From: Candidatus Parcubacteria bacterium
GTDB taxonomy: Bacteria > Patescibacteriota > Minisyncoccia > Sungbacterales > SURF-37
NCBI GenBank assembly: GCA_003599755.1
Contig: QZJO01000013.1
Location: 27,729 to 91,728, forward strand
DNA length: 64,000 nucleotides
Direction: 5' to 3'
The notes under the pieces: model-generated
Databases searched by the model: none
The model's input: the letters and a program-made list of their open reading frames with translations, nothing else
Told to the model about the DNA's origin: nothing
Shown: positions 27,903-37,143 of the stretch, one piece after another
How the letters are laid out: every line of letters begins with the position of its first letter
Numbering within the stretch: the first letter of the stretch is position 1
Program-made: the position numbers and the translations under genes

Positions 27903-29873
27903 TTACCCGTCGCCAGTGCCCACAATTTCCTCGAGCGCTTCGTTGAGCAAAGATGCATAGAGATTCAAACCGACTTTATTCATGGTTCCGGATTGCTGTT
28001 TGCCGAGCACATTGCCCGCGCCGCGAATTTCCAGATCGCGCAATGCGAGCTGAAACCCCGCGCCAAGTTCCTGCGCTTCGCGCAATGCCTCAAGGCGCTG
28101 CTCGGCTTCGGCGGTCATGCCGCGCGTCGGGTAGAAAAAATACGCATAGGCCTGCTCGCCGCCTCGGCCGACGCGGCCGCGGATCTGATGCGCTTGCGCC
28201 AACCCGAGCCGCGCGGCATTGGCGACGATGAGCGTATTGGCATTGGGCATATCCAGTCCGTTTTCGATGATTGTGGTCGCGAGTAGGATATCGATTTCGC
28301 CCGCGCGAAAGGCATGCACGGTGCGCACCAGTTCCGTCTCGCGCATGCGGCCGTGGAGCACCGCGATGCGCGCACCCTTGGCCATGCGCTCGAGTCGCCG
28401 GCGTACGAGCTCGATGGAATTGATGCGGTTCCAAAGATAAAAAATCTGGCCGCCGCGTTTGCGCTCTGTGCGGATCGCTTCGGCAATCGCGCTCTGCGAG
28501 AAGGGCAGAATGAACGTCTGGATGGGGATGCGGCCGTGCGGCGGTTCGTGGATCGCGGAAAGGTCGCGGAATTTGGCGAGCGCCAGCGACAGCGTGCGGG
28601 GAATCGGCGTGGCCGAAAGCGAGAGAATATCCACGTTGGCGCGCAATTCCTTGAACCGTTCCTTCTGGCGGACGCCGAAGCGCTGTTCCTCGTCGATAAT
28701 AACGAGGCCGAGATCCTTGAATTGAATATCGCGGGACAATAAACGATGCGTGCCGATGACGATATCGGTCTGGCCGGTTCGGATGCGTTCGATTTCGTGC
28801 TTGATATCGCGCTTCGACGCCAGGCGCGTCAATTGTGCCACGGTAAGCGGAAGATTACCGAGTCGTTCGCGAAACGTCGCCGCATGCTGGTCGGCGAGCA
28901 CGGTCGTCGGCACCAAGAGCGCTACTTGTTTGCCGGTATATGCCACGCGGACCGCGGCGCGGATCGCGACTTCGGTCTTGCCGAATCCCACGTCGCCGAC
29001 GAGCAGCCGATCCATCGGCTTTCCGGCCGAAAGATCGCCGTGGATCTCGGCAATAGCGCGCTCTTGATCGCGGGTTGTGGCCCAGGGAAACGATGCGGCC
29101 AGCACGGCCTCGATCTCGGGAAAGCGGGGATACGGCGGACGCGTCGCTGCGGCACGACGCCGGTAGATCGCCGCCAATTCTTTGGCCATTGTTCGCGCAT
29201 CCTCGCGCGCCTTGCGTTTGGTGGTTTCCCACACCGTGCCGCCGAGGCGGTGCACGGTCGGCGTCTCGAATCCGACATAGCGTGCGATACGCTTGGATTG
29301 TTCGCGCGGAACCAGCAAGCGGTCAGGCATGGAACCGGCGCGCGGCGGCGCGTATTCCAGTTCGAAAAATTCATTGCCGGTTTCGCGCGCGGCAATCCCG
29401 CGAAATATTCCGATGCCGTGATCGATGTGTACGACAAAGTCGCCGGGCTTCAGTCCGGCGAGCCACAGTTTCTCGTATTCGTCGGCCGATGCCGCGCTCG
29501 GAGTTTTGAGAGGTTTGGGTTTTTCGGCAACCGGCAGCGGCAGAATGTTGAGTACGGTGTTCCCGGAAAATTCGATGCGGATCGGATGCTCGATGTTGAT
29601 CGGAAATACGTCCACGATGCCGCCGCGCGTGGCGAATTCGCCGGGGGCGGAAACCATGCCGACTTTGCCGTAGCCCATGTCGGCGAGTTTGCGCAGGAGC
29701 GGCGAGTAGGGAAGCGCGGCGTCGTGCTCCACGATCACGGTACGGTCGCGCCACCACGGATCCTGCCGCGCTTGCTTCCGTATTTCGTCGGCATGCTCTC
29801 GGAACCACAAAACGCCCCGTTCCAGAAAATAGGGGGTGATGCCGGCGATGAGGGTGGGTTCTTGGGCGGGCAT
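27903..29873 (-). CDS. mfd: Transcription-repair coupling factor, shortened
   Basis: GEFATRGGIVDVFP, CarD-like VVHIDHGIG, MDRLLVGDVGFGKTEVA, DEEQRFG, SATPIPRTL, QIRGRVGR, DLEIRGAGN; only 656 aa. Confidence 0.92.
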   Translation of the reverse strand: MPAQEPTLIAGITPYFLERGVLWFREHADEIRKQARQDPWWRDRTVIVEHDAALPYSPLLRKLADMGYGKVGMVSAPGEFATRGGIVDVFPINIEHPIRIEFSGNTVLNILPLPVAEKPKPLKTPSAASADEYEKLWLAGLKPGDFVVHIDHGIGIFRGIAARETGNEFFELEYAPPRAGSMPDRLLVPREQSKRIARYVGFETPTVHRLGGTVWETTKRKAREDARTMAKELAAIYRRRAAATRPPYPRFPEIEAVLAASFPWATTRDQERAIAEIHGDLSAGKPMDRLLVGDVGFGKTEVAIRAAVRVAYTGKQVALLVPTTVLADQHAATFRERLGNLPLTVAQLTRLASKRDIKHEIERIRTGQTDIVIGTHRLLSRDIQFKDLGLVIIDEEQRFGVRQKERFKELRANVDILSLSATPIPRTLSLALAKFRDLSAIHEPPHGRIPIQTFILPFSQSAIAEAIRTERKRGGQIFYLWNRINSIELVRRRLERMAKGARIAVLHGRMRETELVRTVHAFRAGEIDILLATTIIENGLDMPNANTLIVANAARLGLAQAHQIRGRVGRGGEQAYAYFFYPTRGMTAEAEQRLEALREAQELGAGFQLALRDLEIRGAGNVLGKQQSGTMNKVGLNLYASLLNEALEEIVGTGDG

Positions 29874-29892
29874 TACATATGGCGTGACTGAG

Positions 29893-30456
29893 TTAGGCGT
29901 TGTACTGGTTCATCGCGCGTTCGGGTCCCATATCCGTGATCGCTTCGATGGCGGCGATCGATTTTTTGACCATTGTTTTGGCAGTCGCTTCCTCATTGCC
30001 GCGGAATTTCTCGAGTACGAGCTTTTCGGCCGGAACGCGGCGCTTTTTCTGGATGCCGATGCGCATGCGCCAGAATTCGCGGGTTTTCAAGGCGCGGGCG
30101 ATCGCGTCAACGCCCTTGTGGCCGTTGGAGCTCTTATTAAAGGAAAGCTTGGTCGCGCCGAGCATAAGGTCAGCATCATCATGCAGCACCACGATCTGCT
30201 TCGGCTTCACTTTATAGAATTTGGCGGCGGGTCCGGCGGCATTGCCGCTTTTGTTCATGAATGTTTCGGGCAGCACGAATGCCGCTTTTTCTTTGCCGAT
30301 TTTTCCTTCCGCGACCAGGGCTTGGAGCTTCGCCGACGGCGCGGGTGCCGGAAATCCGAGCTTGCGGACAGCCGCGAGCAGGGTTTCGCGCCCAATATTA
30401 TGCCGGGTGCCGGCGCAATCCGGGCCAGGGTTGCCGAGTCCGATAAAGAGATACAT
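29893..30456 (-). CDS. pth: Peptidyl-tRNA hydrolase
   Basis: MYLFIGLGNPG, TRHNIG, PETFMNKSG, HDDAD, GHKG, RMRIGI. Confidence 0.94.
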   Translation of the reverse strand: MYLFIGLGNPGPDCAGTRHNIGRETLLAAVRKLGFPAPAPSAKLQALVAEGKIGKEKAAFVLPETFMNKSGNAAGPAAKFYKVKPKQIVVLHDDADLMLGATKLSFNKSSNGHKGVDAIARALKTREFWRMRIGIQKKRRVPAEKLVLEKFRGNEEATAKTMVKKSIAAIEAITDMGPERAMNQYNA

Positions 30457-30457
30457 A

Positions 30458-30579
30458 GCCGGTAGTAGAACTTCGAATACTGAATGCGATTTCCACCGTG
30501 TATTTTCAGGTATTTTACCCAAGAGAGCCCGGTGTTCGAGTTATCGGGCCGCCGGCCCATTCGAGATTTCGCCCCCGGG
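30458..30579. mobile_element. MITE-like element, family B, copy 2 (abuts the pth start codon)
   Basis: CCGGTAGTAGAACTTCGAA (30459-30477) identical to 25539-25557; other end CATTCGA..TTTC.....CGGGTATACCG as in copy 1. Confidence 0.7.
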
Positions 30580-30648
30580 TATACCGGGCCAATTCTATCC
30601 CGCCCGCCGGCATTTGCCAAACGTCCAAAACTATACTAAAATCGTCCC

Positions 30649-31251
30649 ATGTCATTTGATTCCGCGCTTCCGCCGCGCCGATCCGAACCTACGCCGGAAC
30701 CCAAATTCGCTTCAACGCTCCGCCGGACGATCGGCGAGTTTTTACGCTTGGCCGTGATCGCGGCCGCCATCGCACTGCCGATCCGCTACTTCATTGCGCA
30801 GCCGTTCGTGGTGGATGGCGCATCCATGAGCCCAAACTTCATCGATGGCCAGTATTTGGTCGTGGATGAATTGACGTACTTTCTGCGGCCGCCGGAACGG
30901 GGCGAGGTCGTCGTGTTCCGCTATCCGCGGAATCCCCAGACGCATTTTATCAAGCGCATCATCGGCCTGCCGGGCGAAACCGTCGAAATCCGCGAAGGCG
31001 ACGTCTACATTGCGAACGCCGAATATCCGGACGGATTCAAGCTCGAAGAGTCGTATCTGCCCGAAGACGTCCACATTCCCGGCGCGTTCAAGTTCGTGCT
31101 CGGACCCGAGGAATACGTCGTGCTCGGCGATAACCGGGCCGAGAGTTCGGATTCGCGCTACTGGGGAACGCTCGAACGCCGCCTGATCACCGGCCGCGCG
31201 ATCTTCCGCGCCTGGCCGCCGACTGATTTCGGACCCATTGTGCAGCCCTAA
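30649..31251 (+). CDS. lepB: Signal peptidase I
   Basis: PFVVDGASMSP, IKRIIGLPGE, LGDNRAESSDSR. Confidence 0.95.
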   Translation: MSFDSALPPRRSEPTPEPKFASTLRRTIGEFLRLAVIAAAIALPIRYFIAQPFVVDGASMSPNFIDGQYLVVDELTYFLRPPERGEVVVFRYPRNPQTHFIKRIIGLPGETVEIREGDVYIANAEYPDGFKLEESYLPEDVHIPGAFKFVLGPEEYVVLGDNRAESSDSRYWGTLERRLITGRAIFRAWPPTDFGPIVQP

Positions 31252-31257
31252 GACCGC

Positions 31258-32655
31258 ATGGCACGACCCAAAGACAAACCAAAAATGATCCAGCGGCCGC
31301 GCGGCACGCATGATGTTTTGCCGCCGGAGCAACCGATATGGGAAGCGGTCCGGAAAACTATTCGCGAACTTTCCCGTTTCTACGGATTCGAGCGCATCGA
31401 GACGCCGCATTTTGAGATGACGGATCTGTTCACCACGGGCGTCGGCGAAGCGACTGATATCGTGACCAAACAGATGTATTCGTTCAAGACCCGCGGCGGC
31501 GATCAATTGACGCTGCGGCCCGAAGGTACCGCGCCGGTGGCGCGCGCATTTATTGAACACGGCATGATGAACTGGCCGCAGCCGATCAAAGTGTTTTATG
31601 ACGGTTCGTTTTTCCGCCACGAGAACCCGCAGCGCGGCCGATACCGCGAGTTCCACCAGTGGGGACTCGAGGTGCTCGGCGATGACGGAGCGGTAGCGGA
31701 CGCTGAGGTGATCCACGTTTTCACGTTGTTTCTCCGCGAGTGGGGCTTTAAGGATTTCATCGTCGAGGTCAATTCCATCGGCTGCCCGGCATGCCGCGCG
31801 CCGTTCCGCGCGCAGCTTACGCAGTATTACCGGTCCAAGGTTCGGGGGCTTTGCAAGGATTGCAAAGAGCGGTTCAAGGAAAATCCGTTGCGCCTTCTGG
31901 ACTGCACCGAAGAAAAGTGCATGCAGGTCAAGAAAGGCGCGCCGCAGCTTTTGGATAAGCTTTGCGAAGCGTGCCGATCGCACTTCAAATTGCTCCTGGA
32001 ATTCTTGGAAGAGCTGCAGATTCCCTACGCATTGAATCCGCACCTCGTGCGCGGACTCGATTATTATACGCGCACGGTATTCGAGGCCTATGTCGACGAA
32101 CCGATCAAGCCCTCGGCCGAGCCGATTAGTCCCGAAGCGGTCGTCCCGGAAGAAAAATCGGCGGACGAAGAGGCGCCCGCGCCGGTCGAGGCACCGAAGC
32201 TCGAGGACAAATCGCCGCGCCGACTTGCCGTATTCGGAGGCGGCCGCTATGATAACCTCGTTGAATTGGTCGGCGGCAAGTCGACGCCCGCCTGCGGCGG
32301 TGCGCTCGGCTTGGAACGGTTCATCGCGCTCGTGCGCGAGGCGGGCAGGGCGCCGGCCGAAGAAAAGCCGAATGTGTTCTTGGTGCAGCTCGGCGAACTT
32401 GCCAGGAAAAAAAGTTTTCGGATCATGGAGGAGCTCCGCGCCGCGGGCATCACCATGGCCGAATCGCTGGGGCGCGACTCGATTCGTTCGCAACTCAAAG
32501 TCGGTGATCGCGTCGGGGCGCTGTACGCCCTGATTATCGGCCAGAAAGAGGCGCTCGATGAAATGGTGATTCTTCGGGAGATGTCGTCGGGTATCCAGGA
32601 AACCATCCCGCGAAGCCGGCTGGTCGATACCTTGAAACGGAAGCTCAAGACCTAG
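31258..32655 (+). CDS. hisS: Histidine--tRNA ligase
   Basis: PRGTHD, LRPEGTA, FRHENPQRGRYREFHQ, LVRGLDYY, GGGRYD. Confidence 0.96.
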   Translation: MARPKDKPKMIQRPRGTHDVLPPEQPIWEAVRKTIRELSRFYGFERIETPHFEMTDLFTTGVGEATDIVTKQMYSFKTRGGDQLTLRPEGTAPVARAFIEHGMMNWPQPIKVFYDGSFFRHENPQRGRYREFHQWGLEVLGDDGAVADAEVIHVFTLFLREWGFKDFIVEVNSIGCPACRAPFRAQLTQYYRSKVRGLCKDCKERFKENPLRLLDCTEEKCMQVKKGAPQLLDKLCEACRSHFKLLLEFLEELQIPYALNPHLVRGLDYYTRTVFEAYVDEPIKPSAEPISPEAVVPEEKSADEEAPAPVEAPKLEDKSPRRLAVFGGGRYDNLVELVGGKSTPACGGALGLERFIALVREAGRAPAEEKPNVFLVQLGELARKKSFRIMEELRAAGITMAESLGRDSIRSQLKVGDRVGALYALIIGQKEALDEMVILREMSSGIQETIPRSRLVDTLKRKLKT

Positions 32656-32662
32656 GTATGGA

Positions 32663-32776
32663 TCCCGTTAGAGACCGCGGTCGCGGTATATAAATTATGC
32701 GGATGCTGAGAATAGTAATTACTCAGGGTAATCGACGGGCGGGAAACTGTGCGACCGCGCCCTGTCTCTAACGGGA
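32663..32776 (+). mobile_element. 114-bp start-codon element, family A, copy 1 (hit)
   Basis: A-TGGA[TCCCGTTAGAGAC...GTCTCTAACGGGA]TGGA; 13-bp TIR, 4-bp duplication. Confidence 0.85.
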
Positions 32777-33132
32777 TGGACTGCGTATTCTGCAAAATCG
32801 CGCGCAAAGAAGTGCCGACCGAGGTCGTGGCTGAGGATGCCCAGATTCTGGCCTTCCCCGATCATAAACCCAAGGCCCCGGTTCATATTCTCGTCATCCC
32901 GAAAGAGCACATTCAGTCAATCGCGCATCTGGAAGCGAATCATAACGATGTGATCGCGAAGCTCATCTATACCGCCAAGCACGTCGCCGCCGAAAAAGGA
33001 CTGAAAGGATACAAGCTCGCGTTCAACGTCGGGCGCGCGGGCGGGCAGCTCGTCGATCACCTCCATCTGCACCTCTTGGGCGGATGGGACAAGCCCGAAG
33101 ATTGGAAAAAAGGATTTTTAGGAGATTTGTAA
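32776..33132 (+). CDS. HIT family nucleotide-binding protein (HinT-like)
   Basis: MDCVFCKI, PKAPVHILVIPK, GQLVDHLHLHLLGG. Confidence 0.93.
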   Translation: MDCVFCKIARKEVPTEVVAEDAQILAFPDHKPKAPVHILVIPKEHIQSIAHLEANHNDVIAKLIYTAKHVAAEKGLKGYKLAFNVGRAGGQLVDHLHLHLLGGWDKPEDWKKGFLGDL

Positions 33133-33147
33133 TCACATATTCATCGC

Positions 33148-33375
33148 ATGGTCTACGTCAAACGAAAAGAACGCGAAACGACCGCCTCAATGCTTCGTCG
33201 CTTCACGCGGCGCGTGCAGCAATCGGGCGTGCTGTTGCGCGCGCGCAAGGGTCGCTTCTTCGTGCCCAAGCCCAGCCGCCGCGCCGTGCGCGAGCGGGCG
33301 TTGCGCCGCATCCAAGTTCAAAAGGAGCGCACGAAGCTCGTGAAGCTCGGCAAATTGCATGAACTCGACCGCTAG
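33148..33375 (+). CDS. rpsU: 30S ribosomal protein S21
   Basis: E...SMLRRFTRRVQQSGVL, FVPKPS; upstream of yqeY as is typical. Confidence 0.85.
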   Translation: MVYVKRKERETTASMLRRFTRRVQQSGVLLRARKGRFFVPKPSRRAVRERALRRIQVQKERTKLVKLGKLHELDR

Positions 33376-33384
33376 TCCGTTCTC

Positions 33385-33846
33385 ATGCTCGCCGATACCG
33401 TTGCCGCCCAATTGAAAGAAGCAATGGTGGCGCGGGATGAACTCCGCGTCTCGACCCTGCGCATGCTGCAGGCCGCTTTGCAAAATCGCGAAATCACCGA
33501 GCGGGGCAAGGGGAGTGCAAGCCCGCTTACCGATGCCCAGGTCACGGCAGTGGTCCGCGCGGAACTCAAAAAGCGGCGCGACGCCATCGAAGCGTATCGC
33601 GCCGCGGGCCGGGTTGATGCCGCGGCGCGGGAAGAAGCCGAAGCGGGGGTGCTCGCTGTGCTCTTGCCGCCCGAACTTTCCGATGCCGAGCTCGATGCGC
33701 TTGTGGCCGAAGGCGTTCTTGCGACCGGCGCGGCAAGCGAGCGCGATTTTGGTAAACTGATGGGGTGGCTCCGCGGACGGGTGGACGGCAAGGCATCGGG
33801 CGAGCGAGTCGCCGCGGCAGCCAAACGGAAGTTAGGAGTTGCATGA
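33385..33846 (+). CDS. GatB/YqeY domain protein
   Basis: LKEAMVARDELRVSTLRML, KKRRDAIEAY, LPPELS, DFGKLMG. Confidence 0.92.
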   Translation: MLADTVAAQLKEAMVARDELRVSTLRMLQAALQNREITERGKGSASPLTDAQVTAVVRAELKKRRDAIEAYRAAGRVDAAAREEAEAGVLAVLLPPELSDAELDALVAEGVLATGAASERDFGKLMGWLRGRVDGKASGERVAAAAKRKLGVA

Positions 33847-34274
33847 TCGTAACGGTCGCAAATCGGACTGCGGCGCGCGTGTCCCGCGCTGAAGTCGCGC
33901 GCATCATCGAACGAACGTTCCGGATACTGCGCCGCCAGGGCTTTGGCATCGAGCAGGGATATGCCGTATCCGTGGCCTTCGTGGGCCAGCGCGAGGCCAA
34001 AGCCATTGCCAGCCGATTTTTAAAAAAACGCCACGCCGCCAACGTCCTTTCCTTCGACTATGGCCCGGCGGGGGAGCTCGTTCTCAACCCGGACGCTATT
34101 CGGCGCTCGATTCCGGCATTGGGGGCCTCATTTTCCGAGGCTTTGCGCCGGCTCCTCATCCACGGGGCCGTGCATTTGGCGGGCGTGCATCATGAGCGTT
34201 CCCGGCGGGAGGCCCGCGCGGCGGAACGATTAGAAGCGGATATCGAACGAGCGCTCCGCGTCCGGCGGCGCTGA
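33843..34274 (+). CDS. ybeY: rRNA maturation endoribonuclease YbeY
   Basis: NVLSF, GELVL, HGAVHLAGVHH metal motif. Confidence 0.88.
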   Translation: MIVTVANRTAARVSRAEVARIIERTFRILRRQGFGIEQGYAVSVAFVGQREAKAIASRFLKKRHAANVLSFDYGPAGELVLNPDAIRRSIPALGASFSEALRRLLIHGAVHLAGVHHERSRREARAAERLEADIERALRVRRR

Positions 34275-34284
34275 ATAAAAACCT

Positions 34285-35508
34285 GTGCGCGATGTTTCCA
34301 TAGGCATTGATATCGGTACGACCGCAGTGACGACTGCGGTCGTCGAACGCATGGCCGACGGAACCATTGCGGTGCGCGGCATCGGCCGCGCGCCGAGCGC
34401 CGGCTTGCGCCGCGGCATGATCGTGGATGTGGATGCGACCGCGCAATCAATCCGCCGTTCGGTGCTTGAGGCGTCCAAGGCCTCGGGCGCGACGATTCGC
34501 GCCGCGGTAGTCGGCATCGGCGGGACGCATCTGGGAAGCTTTACGACGCGCGGCGCGGTTGCCGTGACGCGTACGGACGGGGAAATCACCGAGCAAGATG
34601 CGACGCGCGCGCTCGCGGCCGCCGAAGGATTCATTTCGAAAAATCCCAATCGCGAGATCGTGCATGTTATCCCGCGTGAATTTCGCGTGGACGGACAGGG
34701 CGGCGTCATGGATCCGGTGGGTTTGGTCGGCATGAAGCTTGAAGTGGAAGCGCTCGTTATCGATGGTGCGCGGCCCGCGCTGCAAAATATCGTGAAGGCC
34801 TGCGAGCTTGCCGGCATTGAAGTGCGCGATTGGGTCGCCAACGTCGTGGCCGCGTCGTCGGTGCTTTTGAATGATCAGCAGCGGGAACTCGGCGCGATGC
34901 TCTTGGACTTGGGCGCGGGCACCACGGATTTTGCGATCTTTGAGGAAGGGCGACTCCTGGACGCGGGCGTCATTCCGATCGGCGGCACACACATCACTGC
35001 CGACATCGCGATCGGCCTTCGAACCAACATCGCGGCCGCGGAACAGATCAAGCTGCGTTACGCGTCGGCATTGCCCGATCCGCGCGCGACGCGGCGCGAT
35101 ACCATCGCACTCGGAGATTTCGTGCGCGGCGACAGTTCGGTCTTCGCGGTCCGCGACCTCGTCGATATTATCGGCGCGCGGCTTACCGATGTGTTCGAAC
35201 TTGCGACCAAAGCGATGAAACGCGTCGGCCGCGCGGGCCTCTTGCCCGGCGGCATCGTGCTCGTCGGAGGCGCGGCCTCCATTCCGGCGATTCAGGAACT
35301 CGCGCGCCGGGAGCTCCGTTTACCGGTCGAGACCGCGACCGAACTTTCCATCGAGGGCATGCCGCTTGATGCGCCGACCGAATTTGCGGTATCCATCGGC
35401 CTCGCACTGTGGGAAGGTCGGGGACTGCGGTTCGCCCCCCGGCACGCCAATCGTTTCGGCAGCATTTGGGAAGGAATCAAGCGCGTATTGCGCACATTCG
35501 TGCCCTAG
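34285..35508 (+). CDS. ftsA: Cell division protein FtsA
   Basis: GIDIGTT, GLRRGMIVD, LLDLGAGTT, GGTHITADI, AEQIK; upstream of ftsZ. Confidence 0.95.
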   Translation: MRDVSIGIDIGTTAVTTAVVERMADGTIAVRGIGRAPSAGLRRGMIVDVDATAQSIRRSVLEASKASGATIRAAVVGIGGTHLGSFTTRGAVAVTRTDGEITEQDATRALAAAEGFISKNPNREIVHVIPREFRVDGQGGVMDPVGLVGMKLEVEALVIDGARPALQNIVKACELAGIEVRDWVANVVAASSVLLNDQQRELGAMLLDLGAGTTDFAIFEEGRLLDAGVIPIGGTHITADIAIGLRTNIAAAEQIKLRYASALPDPRATRRDTIALGDFVRGDSSVFAVRDLVDIIGARLTDVFELATKAMKRVGRAGLLPGGIVLVGGAASIPAIQELARRELRLPVETATELSIEGMPLDAPTEFAVSIGLALWEGRGLRFAPRHANRFGSIWEGIKRVLRTFVP

Positions 35509-35592
35509 TTCCGGCCATCGGCTGGACTTGTCGCCGGCGGTAGTACTCGAACACACCCGGAGCAATTATCAAGTTTACGAATCGCCGGCTTT

Positions 35593-35621
35593 TTGCTACG
35601 GCTCGTATAGGAATTTATAAT
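35593..35621 (+). promoter_or_regulatory. Sigma70-type promoter upstream of ftsZ
   Basis: TTGCTA-17 nt-TATAAT. Confidence 0.7.
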
Positions 35622-35689
35622 CGTCCGGTTCAATGGGCGGCGGCATGATGCTGCCGCCGTATCCCGCTTTTCTCGAAAACGCATTCGCT

Positions 35690-36802
35690 GTGCCACACCT
35701 CAAACCAGAACTCGAAACGTTTGCGCGCATCAAAGTCGTTGGCGTCGGAGGATCCGGCAACCACGCCGTAACGCGCATGGTGGAGAAGAAAATTCACGGC
35801 GTTGATTTTATTGTTATTAATTCCGACGCCCAGGATCTTCATCAGGCCAAGGCGCAGCACAAGATCCATATCGGTAAAAATCTGACCAAAGGCCTCGGCG
35901 CGGGGATGAATCCGGAAATCGGGCGCCAGGCGGCCGAAGAGAATCGTGACGACATCCACGAAGCGATCAAGGGCGCGGACATGGTGTTCGTGACCTGCGG
36001 CTTGGGCGGCGGCACCGGCACCGGGGCCGCACCGATCGTCGCCGAAGTTGCGAAAGAATCGGGCGCGCTGACGGTCGGCGTCGTGACGAAACCGTTTTCG
36101 TTCGAAGGATTGCAGCGCACGCGCATCGCCGAAGAGGGTTGGGCGAAATTGCGCGACCGCGTGGACGCGCTCATCACGATCTCGAACGATCGGCTCTTGA
36201 ATCTCGTCGACAAGGCGACTTCGCTCCTCTCGGCATTCCAGGTCTGCGATGACGTGCTACGCCAAGCGGTGCAGGGCATCTCCGATCTCATCACGCTGCC
36301 GGGCTTGATCAACGTGGACTTCGCAGACGTGCGCGCGGTGATGCAGGATACCGGTTCCGCATTGATGGGCGTGGGCTTGGCGACCGGCGATGACCGCGCG
36401 GTGCAGGCCGCGCGCGCCGCGGTTAGCTCGCCGCTTTTGGATATTTCTATTGATGGCGCGCACGGTGTGCTCTTCAACGTCTCGGGCGGTTCGGACATGA
36501 CCATGTGGGAGATCAACGAGGCGGCCAAAGTCATTACCGAATCCATTGATAAGGAAGCAAAACTCATTTTCGGCGCGGTCCACGACGAACGGCTGAAGAA
36601 AGGCGAGCTCAAAATCACCGTGATTGCGACCGGATTCGGGACGCCGGTGCCCAAACCCGTGCCCGAATTGAAAAAAGCGGTCACGCCGCCGCCCGCCCTT
36701 GAGCGCGCCAAACCCGCGGTGCCGACGGCAACACCCGTGACCCGCGATGCCGAAGAAGAGGAGTGGGGAGCGGTGCCCGCGTTTCTTCGCCGCCGCAAGT
36801 AG
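35690..36802 (+). CDS. ftsZ: Cell division protein FtsZ
   Basis: [25 protein letters not shown]-terminal VPAFLRR; GTG start at 35690 inferred (ATG 35633 possible). Confidence 0.97.
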   Translation: MPHLKPELETFARIKVVGVGGSGNHAVTRMVEKKIHGVDFIVINSDAQDLHQAKAQHKIHIGKNLTKGLGAGMNPEIGRQAAEENRDDIHEAIKGADMVFVTCGLGGGTGTGAAPIVAEVAKESGALTVGVVTKPFSFEGLQRTRIAEEGWAKLRDRVDALITISNDRLLNLVDKATSLLSAFQVCDDVLRQAVQGISDLITLPGLINVDFADVRAVMQDTGSALMGVGLATGDDRAVQAARAAVSSPLLDISIDGAHGVLFNVSGGSDMTMWEINEAAKVITESIDKEAKLIFGAVHDERLKKGELKITVIATGFGTPVPKPVPELKKAVTPPPALERAKPAVPTATPVTRDAEEEEWGAVPAFLRRRK

Positions 36803-36902
36803 CGCTCGGCTCCGCGGCCGCCAGCCGAGCCCGATGGGCCAGTTCGGCAGGCCGTCAACGGAGCGGGCGAAATTTTCCGAAAAATTCTCTTCGCGCCTTC
36901 CT

Positions 36903-36932
36903 TCAGGCGACGGCTCATGAGCCGTCGCCTGA
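36903..36932. repeat. Perfect 30-bp palindrome
   Basis: TCAGGCGACGGCTCA|TGAGCCGTCGCCTGA. Confidence 0.9.
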
Positions 36933-36986
36933 TTCGTTTGTCTTGCCAAAAATATTTTTCATTGCGTAGGCCGGCTTTCGCAGCGG

Positions 36987-37024
36987 TTATCCACACCGGT
37001 TCTCTGGCGGACGAGGTCTATAAT
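36987..37024 (+). promoter_or_regulatory. DnaA box plus -10 element upstream of nrdJ
   Basis: TTATCCACA at 36987-36995, TATAAT at 37019-37024. Confidence 0.6.
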
Positions 37025-37143
37025 AAAAATCTCTCAATCGATTCGTCGTCTTTCTTATTCATAGAGGTCTGTTCCGTTCGGTCGCGTAGTTCGCAAGGCC
37101 CCCCGTCGAGGCCTTTCGGCTCCCCGCAGGAACGCATACGTCC

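Noticed and set aside
32749-32775. N-terminal extension MRPRPVSNG on the HIT protein from the ORF track
   Set aside because: It is read-through of the family A right TIR; the homologous start is MDCVFC at 32776
32663-32776. Family A as integron attC sites (GTTAGA/TCTAAC cores, bulged hairpin)
   Set aside because: Core order is reversed relative to attC (RYYYAAC...GTTRRRY), flanking genes are housekeeping rather than cassettes, there is a 4-bp duplication, and no integrase is present
35520-35560. CCGGCGGTAGTACTCGAA after ftsA as a third family B copy
   Set aside because: Only partial similarity and no matching inverted end
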